A DNA stretch of 64,000 bases, taken from positions 1-64,000 of the forward strand of contig JAOZGC010000004.1 in NCBI GenBank assembly GCA_027491915.1. The letters are read 5' to 3'. The position numbers were made by a program, and so were the translations under genes. The stretch is from Thermoproteota archaeon (lineage in GTDB: Archaea > Korarchaeota > Korarchaeia > Korarchaeales > Korarchaeaceae). The first letter of the stretch is position 1. Each line of letters begins with the position of its first letter. The notes beneath the pieces are model-generated. The model had not been told where the DNA came from, searched no databases, and worked only from the letters and a program-made list of their open reading frames with translations. Shown piece by piece: positions 57,713 to 64,000 of the stretch.

Positions 57713-58267
57713 ATGGGCGTCGTGGAGGTGAGGTGGCACGGAAGGGGGGGACAGGGTACCGTGCTGGCCTCGAGGATACTGGCCAAGGCGGCCTTCTACG
57801 AGGGGAAGTGGCCCCAAGCCTTCCCCTTCTTCGGGGCGGAGAGGAGGGGGGCCCCGGTCATGGCGTTCACGAGGATCGGCTCCTATGAGATCAAGCTCAG
57901 GAGTCAGGTCTACGAGCCTGACGTGCTGGTGATAGTGGACCCCCTGCTGGTGCGTCTGCCCGACGTGTACAGGGGCCTCAAGCGGGGAGGGACCATAGTC
58001 GCTAACACGCGCGCCGGTCCGGAGTCCCTTCCGGGGGAGGCCGAGACGAGGGGCACCGTGGACGCCACCGGGATAGCGCTCGAGCTCGGGCTCAGGGTGG
58101 CCGGGCTCCCGGTCCCCAACACGGCCATGGTGGGGGCCGTGGCCAGGGTGACGGGCCTGGCGGGCTTAGACTCCGTCAGGAGGGCCATAGGGGAGATGCT
58201 CGGATCCAGGGCGGAGGAGAACGTCAGGGCGGCGGAGCTGGGGTACGAGCGGGTCAGGGTGATCTGA
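57713..58267 (+). CDS. porG: 2-oxoacid:ferredoxin oxidoreductase gamma subunit
   Basis: EVRWHGRGGQG, QAFPFFGAERRGAPV, VDATGIALE, PNTAMVGA. Confidence 0.92.
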   Translation: MGVVEVRWHGRGGQGTVLASRILAKAAFYEGKWPQAFPFFGAERRGAPVMAFTRIGSYEIKLRSQVYEPDVLVIVDPLLVRLPDVYRGLKRGGTIVANTRAGPESLPGEAETRGTVDATGIALELGLRVAGLPVPNTAMVGAVARVTGLAGLDSVRRAIGEMLGSRAEENVRAAELGYERVRVI

Positions 58268-58501
58268 TCACTCCCCGGCGTACCTGTCGTAGAACCTGGC
58301 GTACACGTCCTCGGTCTCGTCCCCCCCATAGACGGGGACGGTGTCCTTCAGCCCGCAGTTGAAGCACGCTATCAAGGCCACCTTCCCCTTCCTGTCTATC
58401 TCCACGGTCACCGAGTTGTGCATGCACCGGGGACACCTGAAGAAGCTGCTGCGTCTCGGCCTCCTCACCTGCCTTGGCGCCCTGCGCTTCCTCCTGCCCA
58501 A
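58268..58501 (-). CDS. elf1: Transcription elongation factor Elf1
   Basis: MGRRKRR...FRCPRC...CFNCGL...EDVYARFYD. TTG start at 58501. Confidence 0.88.
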   Translation of the reverse strand: MGRRKRRAPRQVRRPRRSSFFRCPRCMHNSVTVEIDRKGKVALIACFNCGLKDTVPVYGGDETEDVYARFYDRYAGE

Positions 58502-58575
58502 TCTCCCTTCCCCACCCCTATCTCGGTGGACCGCCAAGTATTAAACTCGCGGCCCCGACGCCGCCGAGGTAGGAG

Positions 58576-61500
58576 ATGGCGGCGGCCGACGAGAGTTACT
58601 TCGCCGCGCTGTCCGATGAGATATCGAGGCTCTTCTCCGTGGCCCGTAGGGCCAGGGCAACCGGGAAGGACGTCTCCCTGGACGTCGAGGTGGCCCTCGG
58701 CAACACCCTCCCGGATAGGATCTCCGCCCTGTTCGAATCGGGCGAGATAGGGGAGAGGGTCAGCTACTGGCTGGATCGGGGACTGGACAAGCTGGGGGTG
58801 GCCTTCAGGGTAGCCGGGGAGATAGTGTCGGGGGAGATCCCTGCCTCCCCCCCGGACCGGGAGAGACTTGCCGAGCTCGCCGTCAGGGTGGGCCTGGCCG
58901 TGGTGACCGACGCCACGGTCTCCGCCCCCATAGAGGGGCTCAACTCCGTGAGGATAAAGAGGAGGTCTGGCGGTCCGGAGTACCTGGCCGTCTACTACAA
59001 CGGCCCGATAAGAACGGCCGGAGGTACCGAGGGGGCTGTCAGCGTCCTACTCGCCGACTACGCCAGGCAGAAGCTCGGGATACCACCCTACGAACCCACC
59101 CGGGCTGAGGTGGACAGGTACGTCGAGGAGATCGCCCTCTACAGGAGGGAGGTTCACCTCCAGTACAACTCGACGCCCGAGGAGATAAGGGAGGCGGCCG
59201 GGAACGTCCCGGTCGAGGTGACCGGCCCCCCGACAGAGAGGGTGGAGGTGTCCGCCAACAGGGATCTCCCCGGCGTGGAGTCCAACAGGGTCAGGGGCGG
59301 CGCGATGCTCGTCTTGAACGACTGCATAATCCAGAAGAGGCGCAAACTGGCCAAGATCGTCTCTAGGCTTGAGAGGGAGTTGGACTTCGATGGATCCCGC
59401 TGGAGGTGGTTGTCTCGGGAATCCGGGGGGAGGGGACCCGAGGTCTCCGGATCCGGCTGCCCCGCGGTGGTCCCGTCCTACAAGTACATGAAGGACGCCG
59501 TCGTCGGCCGGCCGGTCCTGGCCCACCCGTCCCGCTCCGGGGGATTCAGACTGAGATACGGGCACGCCAGGAACACCGGCCTGGCCTCCGTGGGGATCCA
59601 CCCCGCCACCATGGTGATCCTCGAGGGTTTCGTCGGCGTCGGCACCCAGGTAAGGATGGAGAGGCCGGGAAAGAGCGCCGTGGTCATGCCGGTGGACTCC
59701 ATAGAGGGGCCTGTGGTTCTGCTCAAGGACGGGACCGTCGTCAGGGTGGACTCGGAGGAGCTCGCCGAGGAGATAGCGGACTCGGTCCAGGAGGTCCTCC
59801 ACCTGGGGGACGTCTTGATCGGTTTCGGGGAGTTCCTGGAGAACAACCACCCCCTGCTGCCCTCGGGGTGGACGGAGGAGTGGTGGGCCGCCGAGGTGGC
59901 GGCCGCCTCGGCCGAGAGGGGGGAGGAGCCTCCGAGGTACGCCCTCCCCCCCTATCCACACCCGAAGGCCGACGAGGCCATAGAGATCAGCCTCAGGCTG
60001 GGGGTCCCCCTCCACCCCAGGTGGACCTACTTTTGGCACGACATAACGGTGCCGGAGCTCGCCCGCCTCGTCTCCGCGCTGGCCGACGGCAGGGTGGAGG
60101 GGGAATCCCTCCTGCTGAGGGGGGACGGGGGAATCAAGGACATACTGGAGAGGCTCGGGGTTCCCCACTCCGTGCGGGACGGGTGGCTGGTGGTGAGCGG
60201 GGACGATTCCAGGGCCCTCCTGGCCTCGCTGGGTGGGGGGGCCAAGACCGTCGACCCGTCGAGGTACGCCGAGAACGACGCCCTGGGCGCCCTGAACGAC
60301 ATATCCCCCTTTAGGATAATGCCCAAGGCCCCCGTCAGGGTGGGAATGAGGGTCGGTCGACCGGAGAAGGCCAAGGCCAGGTCCATGCGGCCGGCCGTGA
60401 ACGCGCTCTTCCCGCTGGGCCTGCTGAAGGGCCACAGCAGGCAGATGTCCGTCGCCCTGAGGGGAGGGGGCACCGTCAGGGTTCAGATAGCCATGAGGAG
60501 GTGCCCCTCGTGCGGGAAGAAGACCCCCCTCTACACGTGCGTCAGGTGCGGCGTCAGGACCGAGAGGCTGCTAAGATGCTCCGTCTGCGGCGCCGAGGTG
60601 CCCGAGGGGGGGAGGTGTCCCTCCCACCCGGCGGCCCCCCTGTTATCCCGGTCGGAGGAGACGCTGGACGTGAGGTCCGTGCTGTCGGAGGCTGCGGAGG
60701 ACCTGGGGGGGAAGTTCCACGCCAACGACGTCAGGGGGGTCAAGAAGCTTATGAACGCATCCGCCTCGCCGGAGCCGCTCCAGAAGGCGCTGATCAGATC
60801 CTCCAGGGGGCTCTTCATATTCAAGGACGGGACGATACGGTTCGACGCCACCAACGCCTCCCTGACCCACTTCCGCCCCTCGGAGGTTGGGACCCCCCTG
60901 GAGAAGCTGAGGGAGATGGGTTACCGGACGGACTACCTGGGGAACCCGCTGGAGAGGGAGGACCAGCTCCTGGAGCTCAAGGTCCAAGACGTCGTACTCC
61001 CCCGGTCGGCGGCCGAGTACCTCTACAAGGTGTCCAAATACGTGGACGACCTGCTGGAGCACTTCTACGGCCTGCCTAGGTACTACAACCTGGAGTCGCC
61101 GGACGACCTGGTCGGGCACGTGGTATTCACGATCTCCCCCCACACCTTCGTCGCCAACGCGGCCAGGGTGATCGGCTTCACGGACGCGGACGTCGCCTTC
61201 GCCCACCCCTACCTCCACGCCGCCAAGAGGAGGAACGTGGACGGGGATGAAGACTCCTTCATACTCGGCCTCGAGTGCCTGCTGGACTTCTCCAGGGAGT
61301 ACCTCCCCTCCACCCCCGGGGGCAGGGAGGACGCCCCGATGATACTCGTGGGTCGGCTGGACCTTGGGTACATAGACGACGAGTGCTACAACATAGAGGT
61401 GGTCGACTCCTACCCGGAGGAGTTCTTCAGGGCGACCTGGAGGTACGCCGATCCGTCTGATTTGGAGGGCGCCGTTATCGAGACCGTCGGGACCGCCCTC

Positions 61501-62100
61501 TCCAAGGGGGAGAGGTATCCCTCCATAGGGTTCACCGCCTGGGTGACGGACATAGCCGCGGGGCCGCTGGTCTCGGCCTACAGGAGCCTCAACTCCATGG
61601 TGGAGAAGCTGGAAAGGCACGTGGAGCTGGAGAAGAAGATAAGGGCAGTCGACCCGGAGGACGCCATCAGGAGGGCCATGTCGGCCCACTTCCTCAGGGA
61701 CATAGCTGGGAACCTCAGGAGGTTCGGGTCCCAGGAGTTCAGGTGCGTCAAGTGTAACGCCAGGTACAGGAGGCCTCCACTGTCGGGCAGGTGCCCAAAG
61801 TGCGGCGGAGACCTCGTCCTCACCATATACCCCAAGTCCGCGGTGAAGTACCTCGAGCCGACCAAGTCCATACTCAAAAGGTACAGGCTCGAGGGGTACG
61901 TCCTCCAGAGGGTCAACTTGCTGGAGGAGGAGTCCAGGTCGGTCTTCAAGGGGATTCTCGGCCCGAGCTCCACGGAGCTTGATCTCGGGGCCGCCGGTCT
62001 GGCTGGGGAGGGGGGCGGGGAAGCGGCCCGCGGGGGCGGCGAATCCCGGCGGGAAGGGGGTAAAACTTCTCGGACCCCGAGCCTGCTGGATTTCCTGTGA
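58576..62100 (+). CDS. polC: DNA polymerase D large subunit DP2
   Basis: GPIRTAGGT, GGFRLRYG, KDGTIRFD, AAKRRNVDGDED, C-terminal Zn finger. Confidence 0.97.
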   Translation: MAAADESYFAALSDEISRLFSVARRARATGKDVSLDVEVALGNTLPDRISALFESGEIGERVSYWLDRGLDKLGVAFRVAGEIVSGEIPASPPDRERLAELAVRVGLAVVTDATVSAPIEGLNSVRIKRRSGGPEYLAVYYNGPIRTAGGTEGAVSVLLADYARQKLGIPPYEPTRAEVDRYVEEIALYRREVHLQYNSTPEEIREAAGNVPVEVTGPPTERVEVSANRDLPGVESNRVRGGAMLVLNDCIIQKRRKLAKIVSRLERELDFDGSRWRWLSRESGGRGPEVSGSGCPAVVPSYKYMKDAVVGRPVLAHPSRSGGFRLRYGHARNTGLASVGIHPATMVILEGFVGVGTQVRMERPGKSAVVMPVDSIEGPVVLLKDGTVVRVDSEELAEEIADSVQEVLHLGDVLIGFGEFLENNHPLLPSGWTEEWWAAEVAAASAERGEEPPRYALPPYPHPKADEAIEISLRLGVPLHPRWTYFWHDITVPELARLVSALADGRVEGESLLLRGDGGIKDILERLGVPHSVRDGWLVVSGDDSRALLASLGGGAKTVDPSRYAENDALGALNDISPFRIMPKAPVRVGMRVGRPEKAKARSMRPAVNALFPLGLLKGHSRQMSVALRGGGTVRVQIAMRRCPSCGKKTPLYTCVRCGVRTERLLRCSVCGAEVPEGGRCPSHPAAPLLSRSEETLDVRSVLSEAAEDLGGKFHANDVRGVKKLMNASASPEPLQKALIRSSRGLFIFKDGTIRFDATNASLTHFRPSEVGTPLEKLREMGYRTDYLGNPLEREDQLLELKVQDVVLPRSAAEYLYKVSKYVDDLLEHFYGLPRYYNLESPDDLVGHVVFTISPHTFVANAARVIGFTDADVAFAHPYLHAAKRRNVDGDEDSFILGLECLLDFSREYLPSTPGGREDAPMILVGRLDLGYIDDECYNIEVVDSYPEEFFRATWRYADPSDLEGAVIETVGTALSKGERYPSIGFTAWVTDIAAGPLVSAYRSLNSMVEKLERHVELEKKIRAVDPEDAIRRAMSAHFLRDIAGNLRRFGSQEFRCVKCNARYRRPPLSGRCPKCGGDLVLTIYPKSAVKYLEPTKSILKRYRLEGYVLQRVNLLEEESRSVFKGILGPSSTELDLGAAGLAGEGGGEAARGGGESRREGGKTSRTPSLLDFL

Positions 62101-62435
62101 TGGGGGGCGATGTCCGGGTGAACCTGGTTCCCATATCCATGGTGACCGAGAGGGACAGGAGGGTGGCGATCGTCGGGGTGGTGATCGAGTCGGCCGAGAA
62201 CTACCTGGTGCTGGAGGACTACACCGGCAGGGCAAAGGTCTACTACGACGACTCCCCCTCCTTCCCCCCGAAGAGGATAGCCCTGGTCGTGGGGGTGGCC
62301 ATGTCGACCGCCGGCGAGGTCAAGGAGGTGCAGGCCGACGCCGTCGCGGACATAACCGGGATCGACCTGAACCTGCTCAAGCAAACCCTAAAATTAAGGG
62401 CGGACGCGGCGGCCCTGGGATACGGGAGAGGATGA
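62097..62435 (+). CDS. Single OB-fold protein, RPA14/RPA3-like
   Basis: RVAIVGVV...LEDYTG...VQADAVADITGIDLNLL matches the small RPA subunit pattern. Confidence 0.7.
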   Translation: MMGGDVRVNLVPISMVTERDRRVAIVGVVIESAENYLVLEDYTGRAKVYYDDSPSFPPKRIALVVGVAMSTAGEVKEVQADAVADITGIDLNLLKQTLKLRADAAALGYGRG

Positions 62436-63193
62436 GGATGGCCGAGTTCTCTCTGTCGCTGGAGGATCCGAAGCTCATCAAGAGCGTCGTCGAGTCCATC
62501 GAGTCCCTGGTCGAGGAGGCGTCCATAAAGGTCGACCCTGAGGAGGGATTCGCCGTCCGTGCCCTCGAAACGGCGAAGACCGCGCTGGTTCAGGTGCTGC
62601 TGCCTAGGGAGGTTTTCTCCAAGTTCGAGGTCCCGGAGAGGAGGTTCTTCGGGGTGAACTTCACCGAGCTCGCCAGGCTCCTGAAGAGGGCCAAGCCGAG
62701 CGACGTGGTCCACCTGGAGATCGAGGGGACCACCATGGCCGTCAGGCTAGTCGGGGACTACACCAGGAGGTTCACGATGAGGCTCTACGGGGGAGAGGAG
62801 TTCGAGCTCAGGCCTCTGAACGTGAACTTCACGGCGGGGGCGAGGATAGTGAGCTCCGAGTTCCCCAGGATAGTCCAGGACCTGAAGGTCAAGGGGAGCG
62901 AGGTGACCCTCTCCATAGACCGGGAGTCCGTCAGGTTCTCCGCGGGGGCGGAGGGGGGAGAGGGGGAGATAAGCCTGCCGAGGGACTCCCCCGTGGTGCT
63001 GGACATATGGGTTGACGAGCCGGCCAGGTCCATGTACAGCCTCGCCTTCCTGGAGAAGATGGTGAAGCCGGCGGCCATCTCAGATGAGCTATCCATTCAG
63101 CTGGCCTCCGACAAGCCTCTTAAGCTCTTCTACGCCCTGCCAGGATTCTCCAAGGCGGGGGTGACCTACTACCTGGCCAACCTGTCGCTGTGA
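62432..63193 (+). CDS. pcn: Sliding clamp PCNA
   Basis: LVEEASI, ALVQVLLP..FSKF, SMYSLAFLEKMVK, PLKLFY...YYLA. Confidence 0.9.
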   Translation: MRMAEFSLSLEDPKLIKSVVESIESLVEEASIKVDPEEGFAVRALETAKTALVQVLLPREVFSKFEVPERRFFGVNFTELARLLKRAKPSDVVHLEIEGTTMAVRLVGDYTRRFTMRLYGGEEFELRPLNVNFTAGARIVSSEFPRIVQDLKVKGSEVTLSIDRESVRFSAGAEGGEGEISLPRDSPVVLDIWVDEPARSMYSLAFLEKMVKPAAISDELSIQLASDKPLKLFYALPGFSKAGVTYYLANLSL

Positions 63194-63209
63194 GGGAAAG
63201 GATCGGCAG

Positions 63210-64000
63210 ATGGCCTCTCCATGGGCCCGGCGGGGCGGCCTGGCGTGGAAGTACCCCTTCTCTCGGTGGGGCAGGGAGGTAGTGGAGGCCGCCGGACTGG
63301 AGATCTCCGACCTGGCCTACGACCCGCTCCTCGAGCCGGCCAGGAGGGGGGCCCGCCGCAGGCTGGCCGCGGCCGTGGGCGGGAGGGTGTACCTGGGGGA
63401 GGGGTCCTGGACACCCGAGGTGGCCGTTGCGTCCTACCTGACCGCCAGGCTGATAGTCGGAAGGATCTCCGACCCCTACCTCGGGAGGCTCTTCGGGGAG
63501 CACGAGGGCAAGCGGTTCTACGCCCTGGCCTCGGATGAGGATCCGGACGTCCTCTCCTCCCTGGCCGACGATCTGGAGGTCGACTCGGAGAGGGACGGCC
63601 TCCTCTGGGGCGTGGCCCTGGCCGACTACCTCCCCCTGGCCCGGAGGATCAGCGGATCCAGGTGGAGGCTGGTCAACGCGGACGTGAGGCGGGGCCGGGT
63701 GTGGGTCCGCCGGAGGGGGTTCGTCAGGATCCTCCAGGAGGCGGTGAGGGACAGGACCTCGGAGGCCCCAGATCCGGGTCCCCTGCCCCCTCCCCTCGAC
63801 GAGGCGGCCGCGGATGTCGCCGCCATGCTGAGGGAGAGGTCGGCCCGAGCCAGGAGGAAGTCCGGCGCCCCGGGCGGCTTCCCCCCCTGCGTCGTCGACC
63901 TCCTGGACAGGGTGAGGAGGGGGGAGAACCTGAGCCACCTGGAGAGGTTCACGCTGGCCGCCTACCTGCTCAGGGTGGGGTGGTCCGAGGGGGAGGTTAT
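63210..64000 (+). CDS. priL: DNA primase large subunit PriL (partial, runs off the window)
   Basis: Hand translation: KYPFS..., WRLVNADVRRGRV, FPPCVVDLL...GENLSHLERFTLAAYL. Confidence 0.92.
   Translation, partial: MASPWARRGGLAWKYPFSRWGREVVEAAGLEISDLAYDPLLEPARRGARRRLAAAVGGRVYLGEGSWTPEVAVASYLTARLIVGRISDPYLGRLFGEHEGKRFYALASDEDPDVLSSLADDLEVDSERDGLLWGVALADYLPLARRISGSRWRLVNADVRRGRVWVRRRGFVRILQEAVRDRTSEAPDPGPLPPPLDEAAADVAAMLRERSARARRKSGAPGGFPPCVVDLLDRVRRGENLSHLERFTLAAYLLRVGWSEGEV

Noticed and set aside
58576-62100. Intein in DP2 (or in RNAP subunits)
   Set aside because: Lengths are normal and no intein splice-junction or LAGLIDADG motifs are visible.

Overview
GC-rich archaeal chromosomal segment, most likely Korarchaeota. 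The basis is the 16S 5' end GATCCTGCCGGAGGGAACCC, PolD together with Elf1 and S30e, and a fused RpoA'/A''. It is almost entirely housekeeping: the 5' part of the 16S rRNA gene, three intron-less tRNAs (Gly-GCC, Leu-TAG, Ser-TGA), several ribosomal-protein clusters (L39e and S30e are too short for the ORF track), EF-1alpha, the RNA polymerase operon, t6A/tRNA/rRNA modification genes, GAPDH-PGK-MTAP, thermosome, GlmS and a PolD-RPA14-like-PCNA-PriL replication operon. I found no CRISPR array, transposase or integrase. The most interesting observations are: (1) a four-gene cassette of two Wzy-like polytopic proteins and two paralogous membrane-anchored proteins, containing a sharp 130-bp AT-rich patch; (2) an EMC6-like domain fused to a sequon-rich extracellular domain; (3) a 61-aa FeS-only TFEbeta/RPC34-like protein; (4) RqcH coupled to three CBS proteins; (5) a strongly divergent RNAP bridge helix and trigger loop; (6) apparent CTG/ACG start codons on conserved genes. 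All family calls come from motif recognition by eye, not from database searches.
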